DNA of 53,756 nucleotides, from IMG/VR virus record IMGVR_UViG_3300018411_000004; one strand, given 5' to 3'. A program made the position numbers and the translations under genes. The stretch is from a virus. This document shows, one piece after another, positions 16,940 to 25,127 of this stretch (position 1 is its first letter; each line of letters begins with the position of its first letter). The notes beneath the pieces are model-generated. The model did no database searches, was not told the origin of the DNA, and saw only the letters and a list, made by a program, of their open reading frames with translations.

Positions 16940-17183
16940 CGAGTTTAAAAAAGACAGAATTTTATTTAAAGAGAAAGATCCTAGAAAAAACGCTTCTGGT
17001 TGTAGTGATCTGACTGCATACAACGCTATTCAGAATATCGATGAGGAAGAAGAAGAGTTTAAAAAGTTGCTTCGGACTCTACGTTATATTTGTAATGTTG
17101 CAGTTTCGAGTTTGACGGACGGGTTTGTATTCGTAACAAAGAGAGTGGGAGGGTTTACAAATGATGCTAAAATATTTTGTTGA
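16932..17183 (+). CDS. Hypothetical protein
   Basis: ATGAATAA overlap with the upstream stop. Confidence 0.55.
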   Translation: MNNEFKKDRILFKEKDPRKNASGCSDLTAYNAIQNIDEEEEEFKKLLRTLRYICNVAVSSLTDGFVFVTKRVGGFTNDAKIFC

Positions 17184-17283
17184 CGTTGTATTGGTATGTG
17201 CTGGTATCGCAGTGATCGTATTTACTGGTTTGACTATTGTAACTGTGGTTCGTAACTTTATTAAGAGTTGGAGAAACCAATGA
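17161..17283 (+). CDS. Micro-protein, 40 aa, single TM
   Basis: MMLKYFVDVVLVCAGIAVIVFTGLTIVTVVRNFIKSWRNQ. gggaggg RBS, and ATGA overlap with the next ORF. Confidence 0.45.
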   Translation: MMLKYFVDVVLVCAGIAVIVFTGLTIVTVVRNFIKSWRNQ

Positions 17284-17417
17284 GTTTGTTGAGTGATATT
17301 TTCTCGTCCGTATTCTTTGTTTGTGGAACTATCATCATAGTAATCATTACCGGGTTATTTATTGGGATGGTTACTCAGACCCTTTTAGAATTCTATAGAA
17401 AGAGTAAAAAGAAATGA
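17280..17417 (+). CDS. Micro-protein, 45 aa, single TM
   Basis: MSLLSDIFSSVFFVCGTIIIVIITGLFIGMVTQTLLEFYRKSKKK. Translationally coupled at both ends. Confidence 0.45.
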   Translation: MSLLSDIFSSVFFVCGTIIIVIITGLFIGMVTQTLLEFYRKSKKK

Positions 17418-17530
17418 TGGAAGCAGCTTGGACGGTGTTGTTTGGTGGTATAGGTATTTCTATGATTGGATTTGGCATTGTAGATTTGCTTGAGGATTAT
17501 TCTGATGAAAAGAAAAGGAGGAATTCATAA
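17414..17530 (+). CDS. Micro-protein, 38 aa, single TM
   Basis: MMEAAWTVLFGGIGISMIGFGIVDLLEDYSDEKKRRNS. Start overlaps the upstream stop. Confidence 0.4.
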   Translation: MMEAAWTVLFGGIGISMIGFGIVDLLEDYSDEKKRRNS

Positions 17531-17619
17531 TGGGTAAAGTATTGTTACATACATTTTTGGTATTTGCTACTGGTGGTATCTGGGGCGTTGTTTTGATCGT
17601 TCGATATTTGTTGAAGTGA
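17530..17619 (+). CDS. Micro-protein, 29 aa, single TM
   Basis: MGKVLLHTFLVFATGGIWGVVLIVRYLLK. aaggagg RBS, and TAATG overlap. Confidence 0.4.
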   Translation: MGKVLLHTFLVFATGGIWGVVLIVRYLLK

Positions 17620-17627
17620 GGTAACTG

Positions 17628-17765
17628 ATGTATAGTGTGGAAACTTGTGGTTGTTGTATACATGAAAAGAAGTGCGCCTACGAATCTCCTTGTGATGATT
17701 GTAATGTCTTGAGAAGTCGTTGTAATGAGAGTCATTTCGAGGAGGCTGAAAAGGATGATGACTAG
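17628..17765 (+). CDS. Cys-rich micro-protein, 45 aa
   Basis: MYSVETCGCCIHEKKCAYESPCDDCNVLRSRCNESHFEEAEKDDD. Eight Cys residues. Confidence 0.4.
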   Translation: MYSVETCGCCIHEKKCAYESPCDDCNVLRSRCNESHFEEAEKDDD

Positions 17766-17798
17766 AACAAAAGTATTGATTGGGATTGGTTGGTTGTT

Positions 17799-18098
17799 GT
17801 GAATAGATTCGAGTTAATGGGTTATTCTCATGAGGCGAGTATTATTCTTCAAGATTGCTATGAATCGACAAAGGCTCTTTGGGAATGTTTCGCAGATGCG
17901 TTTGAAAGCTTTTCATATACAATGATGAAACCAATAGAGGATGCTTTTTATGAACTGTTTGACAACTACTATATTGGGAAGGATGTGAAACATTTTGATG
18001 GTGTATACAACAGGCCGAAGATGAGAGAGTATTTTAAGATGCAGCCAAACGTCTGTAATCTTAACAATAAAATTAGGAAAGCGAGGAATTTACTATGA
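17799..18098 (+). CDS. Hypothetical protein
   Basis: GTG start overlapping the TGA of a 15-codon upstream micro-ORF. An ATG at 17817 is an alternative start. Confidence 0.55.
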   Translation: MNRFELMGYSHEASIILQDCYESTKALWECFADAFESFSYTMMKPIEDAFYELFDNYYIGKDVKHFDGVYNRPKMREYFKMQPNVCNLNNKIRKARNLL

Positions 18099-18199
18099 CG
18101 ACTAGAACAAAGATATTGGTGGGGATTGGTTGGTTGGTTTATGCTACTGGATTTTGTTTCGGACTCGGGATGTTATTTGGATTGTATGGAGCACTATGA
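18095..18199 (+). CDS. Micro-protein, 34 aa, single TM. A truncated copy lies at 17755-17802
   Basis: MTTRTKILVGIGWLVYATGFCFGLGMLFGLYGAL. ATGA overlaps on both sides. Confidence 0.4.
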   Translation: MTTRTKILVGIGWLVYATGFCFGLGMLFGLYGAL

Positions 18200-18441
18200 G
18201 AGAGTGGCTGGAAGTTGATTTATCACCTGATAAGTCATTTACCATTCGTGTACATTTCGGACCATACGATGTTGATGTGATGACTAAATTTGCGTTCGTA
18301 AAGTCTTTAATATCGATGGAAGTATCTAATACGGAAGGTTTACAAATGTCGGTGGATAAGGTCGAATTATTGATAAAAGGGCGTGATTTGGAGCATGATT
18401 TGGAGTTTTGTGATATAATTGTTACAGGGACAATTTTGTGA
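18196..18441 (+). CDS. Hypothetical protein
   Basis: 81 aa. Start at the ATGA junction with the micro-ORF. Confidence 0.55.
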   Translation: MREWLEVDLSPDKSFTIRVHFGPYDVDVMTKFAFVKSLISMEVSNTEGLQMSVDKVELLIKGRDLEHDLEFCDIIVTGTIL

Positions 18442-18466
18442 AAAAGTAGTAAAAATGGTCAATTTT

Positions 18467-18724
18467 CTGCCCACTTTTAAAAATGCAAAAGTGGGCAGAG
18501 ACAAAAATTGATGAAATTTGGAGTAAAAATTGATGAAAAAATCGAAAAAATTCGCGAAATGGCCAAAAAAAGTGGGCATTTGCCCACTTTTAAAATCAAA
18601 AGTGGCCACGAACTTTGGCTTATTAGAGCCGTTTGAAGGGCCTTGGTCAAAAACCCACTTTTCTTTTACACTAATGTGAGAGAAAAGTTAATAATATATA
18701 TAAAGAATGGCAAACAAAAGTGGG
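18467..18724. repeat. Iteron-like array: seven copies of AAAAGTGGG(CA) / its complement, including two near-perfect palindromes
   Basis: Palindrome 1 is ctgcccactttt (18467-78) with aaaagtgggcag (18487-98). Palindrome 2 is aaaagtgggca-tt-tgcccactttt (18568-91). Further copies at 18598-608 (variant), 18654-62 and 18716-24. Also a 14-bp direct repeat aaaaattgatgaaa at 18503 and 18525. Confidence 0.8.
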
Positions 18725-18840
18725 TTTTTGGCCACGAGTGATTTTTGGCAATTTTTTGTACGAATCGGTCGTCAAATTTTGCAAAGTATTTTCTTTTTGA
18801 ATTTTTGTCAGATTAATGGTGATTTTGTGGACTTTTACAT

Positions 18841-18869
18841 ACGCGAAAAATACAAAGCGTTATATGAAA
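18841..18869 (+). promoter_or_regulatory. Early promoter-like box (variant TTATATGAAA)
   Basis: acgcgaa at 18841 and ttatatgaaa at 18860. Confidence 0.5.
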
Positions 18870-18892
18870 TAAAAGTACGTGGAGGTACGAAT

Positions 18893-19189
18893 ATGAAAAA
18901 TTTAAAAGAAATCAAAAAGCAGTTTGTGAAGAAATATTTTTATGAGATGTCTTTTGACAGAATAATTGGCGCTGAATTAATATCGCTGGTAATAACTAAA
19001 GTGTACATACGTTCCAAATATTGGGAAGGCGTAAGCTATAGATATATTGGCGACGATGTTAAAGTATCGGTAAGAAACTCTGTTGTAGACATTGATGTAA
19101 TGATTCAAGAGCTTACAAAAACTTTTGATAAGTTAAAGTTTGAAAAAGTGAACAATCAAATTTTTATATCAAAGAAGATGGAGTCGTAA
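18893..19189 (+). CDS. Hypothetical protein
   Basis: 98 aa. Start after gtacgtggaggtacgaat. The longer ORF-track version runs through the iteron region and has no RBS. Confidence 0.65.
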   Translation: MKNLKEIKKQFVKKYFYEMSFDRIIGAELISLVITKVYIRSKYWEGVSYRYIGDDVKVSVRNSVVDIDVMIQELTKTFDKLKFEKVNNQIFISKKMES

Positions 19190-19206
19190 AAGACTCTTTT
19201 CTTTTT
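19181..19206 (+). terminator. Intrinsic terminator (cassette type)
   Basis: gagtcg-taaa-agactc hairpin followed by ttttcttttt. Confidence 0.6.
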
Positions 19207-19221
19207 AGTCTAAAATCAGCC

Positions 19222-19250
19222 ACGCGAAAAAAACACGCCCTTTTATAGAG
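19222..19250 (+). promoter_or_regulatory. Degenerate promoter-like box (ACGCGAA ... TTATAGAG)
   Basis: acgcgaaaaaaacacgcccttttatagag. The upstream half is conserved and the downstream half diverges. Confidence 0.3.
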
Positions 19251-19330
19251 GGAGGATAGAATGTGAACTTTTTTAGAAGTTACTAGTATCACTCTCTAAA
19301 CTTTTTAAACTTTATGTGGAGGATTTATCT

Positions 19331-19636
19331 ATGCGAGGTAATAAAGTGTTGGAGAAAAACTTTCAATCAAAACTCATCAAAGAGTTAAAACAAATGTTTG
19401 AAGGTTGTATTGTAACAAAATTAGATTCAGGTCATATTCAAGGAATACCCGATCTCTTGATTTTGTACAAAAATAAATGGGCGACTTTGGAATGTAAGAA
19501 ATCGAAAGGTGCTAAAAGACAACCGAACCAAAAATATTACGTTGACATCATGGATAAGATGTCCTTCTCTAGATTCATCGATCCAAACAATAAAGAGGAG
19601 GTGCTCCATGATCTTCAACAAGCATTTCAATCTTGA
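19331..19636 (+). CDS. VRR-NUC domain nuclease
   Basis: PD-(D/E)xK signature GIPDLLI...ATLECK. RBS ggagga 7 nt upstream of the ATG. Confidence 0.7.
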   Translation: MRGNKVLEKNFQSKLIKELKQMFEGCIVTKLDSGHIQGIPDLLILYKNKWATLECKKSKGAKRQPNQKYYVDIMDKMSFSRFIDPNNKEEVLHDLQQAFQS

Positions 19637-20171
19637 GGGTAGTCACGCTTTTCTTGGAGCGAGTAAATATCACTGGATAAATTATGACGAAAATAAAGTT
19701 GCAGATTCATATTTAAGATTCTTGGCAAGTCGAAAAGGAACTGAGCTTCATGACTTTGCGGCTCGATGTATTTCTTTGAAACAGAAGTTACCAAAATCCA
19801 AGAAGACTTTAAATGCTTATGTAAATGACGCTATAGGTTTTCATATGATTCCAGAACAAACCTTATATTTCTCAGACAATTGTTTCGGAACAGCTGACGC
19901 TATAACCTTTGCTAATAATACTTTGAGAATTCATGATCTGAAAACCGGAGTTATTCCAGGACATATGGAACAGCTTGAAGTTTATACCGCGTTATTCTGT
20001 TTGGAGTATGTGATCGATCCAAAAGATATTAATATCGAATTACGTATTTACCAGAATGATGATATTCTGATTCATAATCCTGATGAGGATGATATTCGTT
20101 ATGTGATTGATAAAATGGTTACGTTTGATAAAATCATTACCAAAATAAAGATTGAGGAGGGTATGGCTTAA
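19608..20171 (+). CDS. PD-(D/E)XK-family nuclease-like protein
   Basis: 187 aa, RBS gaggagg. TADAITF...IHDLKTG motif. Confidence 0.5.
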   Translation: MIFNKHFNLEGSHAFLGASKYHWINYDENKVADSYLRFLASRKGTELHDFAARCISLKQKLPKSKKTLNAYVNDAIGFHMIPEQTLYFSDNCFGTADAITFANNTLRIHDLKTGVIPGHMEQLEVYTALFCLEYVIDPKDINIELRIYQNDDILIHNPDEDDIRYVIDKMVTFDKIITKIKIEEGMA

Positions 20172-22957
20172 TGTATTATTTCGATGATGAGTTAGAACAT
20201 GTTGGAACTAAGAAACATTCAGGCCGATATCCTTGGGGGTCTGGTAAGAATCCATATCAACATAGTGGAGACTTTCTTAGTCGAGTTGAAGAACTTTCTA
20301 AGAATGGTATTTCTCAAAAAGATTTAGCTGATATTTTAGGTATGTCGACAACCGATTTAAGAATGCAGTTGAGAGTTGCCAATCATGAGCGACGCGAATT
20401 ACAAAGAGATCGAGCTAAATCTTTGAGAGCTGACGGTAAGAGTTTACAAGAGATATCTCAGATTATGGGTTTTAAAAATGACTCATCTGTAAGATCTTTA
20501 TTGAACGATAATACCGCAGCTAATAAGAATAAAGCTAAAGTAACTGCTGAGATTCTCAAGAAAGAACTCGAGAAGAAGGGTGACATGCTTGAAGTTGGTG
20601 CAGGTGTTGAAAGAGTTCTTGGTGTATCTAAATTAACTCTTAAAGAAGCGTTATTTACCCTCGAGACGGAAGGTTATAATGTTTATAAAGTTGGAATACC
20701 AGATATGTCTAAACCTGGTAGGCAGTCCAACACAGCTATATTAGCTAAGAGTCATGTTCCGTATGCCGATGCTTATGCGAAGATGGAAACCGTTCAGTCT
20801 GTTGGTGACTATCATTCCAAAGATGGTGGTGACACCTTTAGTCAAAAGAAATATCCAGCTAGTGTTGATTCTAAAAGAATTCATGTTAGATATGGAGATC
20901 AAGGTGGCGCTGCTAAAGATGGAACTATTGAGTTAAGGCGAGGTGTTAAAGATTTAGATCTTGGAACATCTAGTTATGCTCAGGTTCGTATATTAGTTGA
21001 CGGCACTCATTACCTTAAGGGTATGGCTTTATATTCCGATGATATGCCGGATGGCGTTGATATCGTATTTAACACAAATAAGAAGTCTGGAACGCCTAAG
21101 CTAGATACTTTGAAAGAAGTTAAATCTGATAAGTCGAACCCTTTTGGAGCGTATATTAAGGCTCAAGGTCAGAGTACCTATATTGACAAAGATGGTAAAG
21201 AAAAACTTTCAGCTATCAACAAGTTGAAAGAAGAAGGTGACTGGGATAAGATGTCTGAAAACTTATCTTCTCAGTTCTTATCTAAACAACCAATGCAGCT
21301 AATCAATAAACAGTTGAATCTAACATATGCCGATGCTCGAGCATATTTAGATGAGTTGAACTCTTTAACCAATCCGACTATTAAGAAAAAACTCTTATTA
21401 GATTTTGCTGGTAACTGTGAAAGTAAAGCTGTTCATCTTAAAGCGGCTGCACTACCAAGACAGAAAACTCAGGTTATATTACCCTTGACCGGTATATCTG
21501 ATAAGGAAATCTACGCGCCAAACTTTAAAGATGGTGAAAAGGTATCTCTTGTTCGATATCCTCATGGTGGTATATTTGAGATCCCGCAATTAACAGTTAA
21601 CAATAAGAATGCTCAAGGCAGAAGAGTTCTTGGAACCAACGTTAAAGACGCTGTTGGTATACACCCAAACGTTGCTGAAAGATTATCTGGAGCCGACTTC
21701 GATGGCGATCAAGTAATTGTTATTCCAGAATCATCAAAGGTTCATGTTAAATCTAAAGCTCGATTATCTGGGCTTATAGACTTTGATGGAAAGACAGCAT
21801 TCCCACCCAAGACTGAAGACACTTTATATGTGAAGAAAGGTCCTGATGATAAGACTCCACTGTACAACGGTAAGAAAATTTTATCTAAAGTCATGACTAA
21901 AGAGAACACTCAAAGAGAAATGGGTATCGTATCAAATCTTATTACTGATATGACTTTAAGGGGCGCTTCTGATGAGAAGTTAACGAGAGCTATCAAGCAT
22001 AGTATGGTCGTTATTGATGCTGAGAAACATAAATTGGATTATAAAGAATCCGAAAAGGTTAATCGTATCAAAGAACTTAAGAAAGAATATCAGTTACAGT
22101 ATGACGAAAATGGTAAGGAAAAATATGGTGCGTCTACGTTACTCTCTCGTAGAAAGCAAACCGTTGACGTTGATGAGCGTAAAGGTAGCGGCGTTATTGA
22201 TCCAGATACAGGTGTTGTGACATATAAGACTTCTGGTAGAGAATATAAAGAAATTGTTAAAGATAAAGCTACAGGTAAAAGCGTCGAGACTGGAAATATG
22301 ATCAAAGCTAAGTCTAAAGTTAAATTGGTATTAGCAGTTGATGATGTTAAGTCTTTATCTTCTGGAACTTTAGAAGAAGATGCATATGCTGACTATGCAA
22401 ATAAGATGAAAGCTTTAGCGAATGAAGCTAGGAAATTATATAAGTCTACAGGTAACTTAACATATTCTAAAGAAGCCCGTATAAAATATGACAATGAAGT
22501 TCAAGCGTTAAATGCTAGACTTAATATCGCTGCAATGAATGCTCCCAAAGAAAGACAGGCTAGGATAATTGCTAATGGAGTCCTTAAAGCTAAGAAGCAG
22601 GAATATCCTGAGCTGGTCAAAGATAAGAAAGAATCTAAGAAGATATATCAGCAGGCTATGGAGGATGCACGAGCAGCTGTCGGATTGAATAGCAAGGCAG
22701 ATAAGATAGTCTTCTCAGATAAAGAATGGGAAGCCATACAAGCTGGCGCTATCACTGATAATAAGTTAGCTCAGTTACTACGTTATGCTGATGAGGATAA
22801 GTTTAAGGAGAGAGCACTACCCAGAGCTACCACTGAACTATCCCCCGCTTCTATTAGTCGTATCAAAGCTATGCAACAAAGTGGTTACACTAATGAACAG
22901 ATAGCTTCACGATTAGGTAAGTCTGTATCGACAGTGTTTAAGTATCTTAATCAATGA
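20171..22957 (+). CDS. Single-polypeptide two-barrel RNA polymerase (YonO/RdRP-like, beta-prime-type catalytic loop) with HTH modules and an N-terminal leader motif
   Basis: 928 aa. VSLVRYPHGGIFEIP...AVGIHPNVAERLSGADFDGDQVIVIPE aligns with bacterial beta-prime NRAPTLH...[25 protein letters not shown]. DFDGD lies at nt 21695-21709. HTH-like segments near aa 45-110 and at the C-terminus (GYTNEQIASRLGKSVSTVFKYL). Confidence 0.65.
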   Translation: MYYFDDELEHVGTKKHSGRYPWGSGKNPYQHSGDFLSRVEELSKNGISQKDLADILGMSTTDLRMQLRVANHERRELQRDRAKSLRADGKSLQEISQIMGFKNDSSVRSLLNDNTAANKNKAKVTAEILKKELEKKGDMLEVGAGVERVLGVSKLTLKEALFTLETEGYNVYKVGIPDMSKPGRQSNTAILAKSHVPYADAYAKMETVQSVGDYHSKDGGDTFSQKKYPASVDSKRIHVRYGDQGGAAKDGTIELRRGVKDLDLGTSSYAQVRILVDGTHYLKGMALYSDDMPDGVDIVFNTNKKSGTPKLDTLKEVKSDKSNPFGAYIKAQGQSTYIDKDGKEKLSAINKLKEEGDWDKMSENLSSQFLSKQPMQLINKQLNLTYADARAYLDELNSLTNPTIKKKLLLDFAGNCESKAVHLKAAALPRQKTQVILPLTGISDKEIYAPNFKDGEKVSLVRYPHGGIFEIPQLTVNNKNAQGRRVLGTNVKDAVGIHPNVAERLSGADFDGDQVIVIPESSKVHVKSKARLSGLIDFDGKTAFPPKTEDTLYVKKGPDDKTPLYNGKKILSKVMTKENTQREMGIVSNLITDMTLRGASDEKLTRAIKHSMVVIDAEKHKLDYKESEKVNRIKELKKEYQLQYDENGKEKYGASTLLSRRKQTVDVDERKGSGVIDPDTGVVTYKTSGREYKEIVKDKATGKSVETGNMIKAKSKVKLVLAVDDVKSLSSGTLEEDAYADYANKMKALANEARKLYKSTGNLTYSKEARIKYDNEVQALNARLNIAAMNAPKERQARIIANGVLKAKKQEYPELVKDKKESKKIYQQAMEDARAAVGLNSKADKIVFSDKEWEAIQAGAITDNKLAQLLRYADEDKFKERALPRATTELSPASISRIKAMQQSGYTNEQIASRLGKSVSTVFKYLNQ

Positions 22958-22970
22958 AAGGAGTAAGACT

Positions 22971-23222
22971 ATGAAACGATGTGCATTAACAACTACTGAT
23001 AATCCTTATGATCCATTTGAACAATTCGATTCTTGGTATATGTTTGATCTAACTAAAGGTTATAACTCTTGCTCCTATCTTGCAAGGATTGCTCGAACTG
23101 CTGATCAACTATCTGATGAAGAGAATGCTTTGGAGATTGAGAGAGCGATCGATGAAATCATTGAGTTAGACTTTATGGATCGCTATAGAAAAGTTTGTAT
23201 TGATGAAACGAAAGCTTCATAA
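22971..23222 (+). CDS. Hypothetical protein
   Basis: 83 aa, RBS aaaggag. Confidence 0.65.
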   Translation: MKRCALTTTDNPYDPFEQFDSWYMFDLTKGYNSCSYLARIARTADQLSDEENALEIERAIDEIIELDFMDRYRKVCIDETKAS

Positions 23223-23459
23223 CTGTTTGTTCGAATCAATCAACTAAGTTTTAAAAACTTTTTTTATAAATCATAGGGGTGTTTATTATTTAAAAGTTCT
23301 AAAAGTCATGTTTATTAAGTCGTTCAATCTTTTTAGTGTCATGTTAATATTGCATGAACGACTAGACATAAGGGGGGTCTCTGCAAAAACAGCACCCCCT
23401 ATGCATCGCTCTCGTCCTCAAAAATTCCCCGGGGGTGATTTTTAGTCAATGTAAACCAA

Positions 23460-23627
23460 TTACTTACTGTCTGAAAAGTTCCGTGAGAGCCATTACGTAT
23501 CTCCACGACACGTCGCTTCATTAATCGCCTCCTATTGATTAATAAATTTTACCATCCATCCGTCACAGCCTCGCAACCTGTTAAGACTGAACTAAAAGTC
23601 TCACGGAACTTTTCAGACAGTAAGTAA
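23460..23627. repeat. Perfect 29-bp inverted repeat enclosing 110 nt, inside a 439-bp non-coding region
   Basis: ttacttactgtctgaaaagttccgtgaga (23460-88) and tctcacggaacttttcagacagtaagtaa (23599-627). Confidence 0.9.
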
Positions 23628-23661
23628 AACCACACCAAATCTACTAGAAAGGAGGCTAGAA

Positions 23662-24012
23662 GTGAAAAAGAGTAAATCGAAAGACAACACAAAAGGGTCG
23701 ACCAGAACTATGAGACCCGCCGCAACACCAGAAGCAAGAGAGAATCAGTTAGTATCCTTGGCAGTTGAACTTGCAGAGAAGCAATTACTCGATGGAACAG
23801 CCTCCTCTCAAGTCATCACCCACTATCTGAAACTTGGATCAACAAAAGAGAAACTCGATTACGAATTCAAGAGGAAACAGATGGAGCTTATCGAAGCCAA
23901 AACAGAATCACTGCAATCTGCCCAGAGAGTTGAAGAGCTTTACAAGAATGCCCTTGATGCGATGAAAAGTTACAGCGGTGGTATTTCTGGAGCGAACGAT
24001 TACGATGAATAA
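23662..24012 (+). CDS. Putative small terminase / DNA-packaging accessory protein
   Basis: 116 aa with a GTG start after aaaggagg. Basic N-terminus and coiled-coil C-terminus. Sits immediately upstream of HNH. The call rests on position only. Confidence 0.35.
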   Translation: MKKSKSKDNTKGSTRTMRPAATPEARENQLVSLAVELAEKQLLDGTASSQVITHYLKLGSTKEKLDYEFKRKQMELIEAKTESLQSAQRVEELYKNALDAMKSYSGGISGANDYDE

Positions 24013-24415
24013 GTGTTATTCGGAACTTACACAGTTTGAAACGCTTGTAGAACGTTACCGATATTTAAAACTTGGCGGAGAACTTGGAGCGTCTACTTTT
24101 GGTTTCGATCGATATTTAAACCAGCAGTTTTATAAACTTAAAGAATGGAAAATCGCCAGAACACGAGTTATTGTAAGAGATAATGGTTGCGATCTAGGTA
24201 TTCCTGGTTTGGAAATTGTTGGGATGGTTATTGTACACCATATAAACCCAATAACGATCGACGATGTCAAAAATCGAAACCCAATCTTATTCGATCCTGA
24301 GTTTCTAATATCCACACAATTAAATACTCACAACGCTATTCATTACGGGGACGAATCGCTATTGATATCTGAAACCCCGTTAGAAAGGAGTCCGAATGAT
24401 ACAAAATTATGGTAA
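24005..24415 (+). CDS. HNH endonuclease
   Basis: RDNGCDLG...VHHINP...NTHNAIH. ATGAATAA overlap with the upstream gene. Confidence 0.8.
   Translation: MNKCYSELTQFETLVERYRYLKLGGELGASTFGFDRYLNQQFYKLKEWKIARTRVIVRDNGCDLGIPGLEIVGMVIVHHINPITIDDVKNRNPILFDPEFLISTQLNTHNAIHYGDESLLISETPLERSPNDTKLW
24381..24415 (+). repeat. 35-bp direct repeat, copy 1
   Basis: tagaaaggagtccgaatgatacaaaattatggtaa, identical to 25109-25143. Confidence 0.9.
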
Positions 24416-25127
24416 CAAATCATTGCTTCACTACGGCGTTAAGGGTATGAAATGGGGTGTTAGAAATGTAGACACTAGAATTAGTAAAAACACATCACTA
24501 TATCGGGTTAGTCCTGTTGTGGAAAATAAAACAAAAATTCACCGAACATACTTAGCTTATACTGAAAAAGATATTAATTTTTATAAAGAACACATAACAA
24601 AATTTCGAAGAGTCGATGATTCCCAACCCATGTTTTTGGTCGAATATAAGAATTTAAAAGCTATAAAACATCCATCGTCTAAAAAACAAGCCGACGAATT
24701 TTATGAGTTTTATAAAGATCATAAGGTTTTGATCGGTAAAGAAATTGCAGATGAGATGGTCACCCGATTAGGTTACACCGAACCTTCTGGCGTTAGAACT
24801 ATGTTTCACGATTTTTATTCACAACAATATTCTAATTTAAAAGATAAAGAAATTAGAACAAAAGGTTATGAGATGTTTATGCAGACTTATAGCAACACAC
24901 CAGTGGCCGATCTATTCCAAGAACAATTGAAACGAAAAGGGTATAACGCGTTATTGGATGATAACGATGTTAAGAATAACGATTTAGACGTTTTTAAACC
25001 TGAAAAACCAATAATAGTTTTCGATCCTCCAGAGAATTTAAAAATCGTTGATAATAAAAAAATATCTGAGCAAGAACTTCAAACCGCTTTATTGGAGAAT
25101 GAAAAACGTAGAAAGGAGTCCGAATGA
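24396..25127 (+). CDS. Leader-motif family protein 1 (C-terminal domain unknown)
   Basis: 243 aa. N-terminal MIQNYGNKSLLHYGVKGMKWGVR. Confidence 0.75.
   Translation: MIQNYGNKSLLHYGVKGMKWGVRNVDTRISKNTSLYRVSPVVENKTKIHRTYLAYTEKDINFYKEHITKFRRVDDSQPMFLVEYKNLKAIKHPSSKKQADEFYEFYKDHKVLIGKEIADEMVTRLGYTEPSGVRTMFHDFYSQQYSNLKDKEIRTKGYEMFMQTYSNTPVADLFQEQLKRKGYNALLDDNDVKNNDLDVFKPEKPIIVFDPPENLKIVDNKKISEQELQTALLENEKRRKESE

Noticed and set aside
17460-17735. Minus-strand 91-aa ORF in the ORF track
   Set aside because: It has no RBS. The + strand carries a chain of start/stop-coupled micro-ORFs with RBSs that explains the region better. Every other convincing gene is on the + strand.
18367-18892. ORF 18367..18609 (-) and the 5' two-thirds of ORF 18707..19189 (+)
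   Set aside because: They run through the iteron and poly-A region, lack ribosome-binding sites and translate to low-complexity F/K-rich sequence. The real gene starts at 18893, behind the promoter box and conserved RBS.
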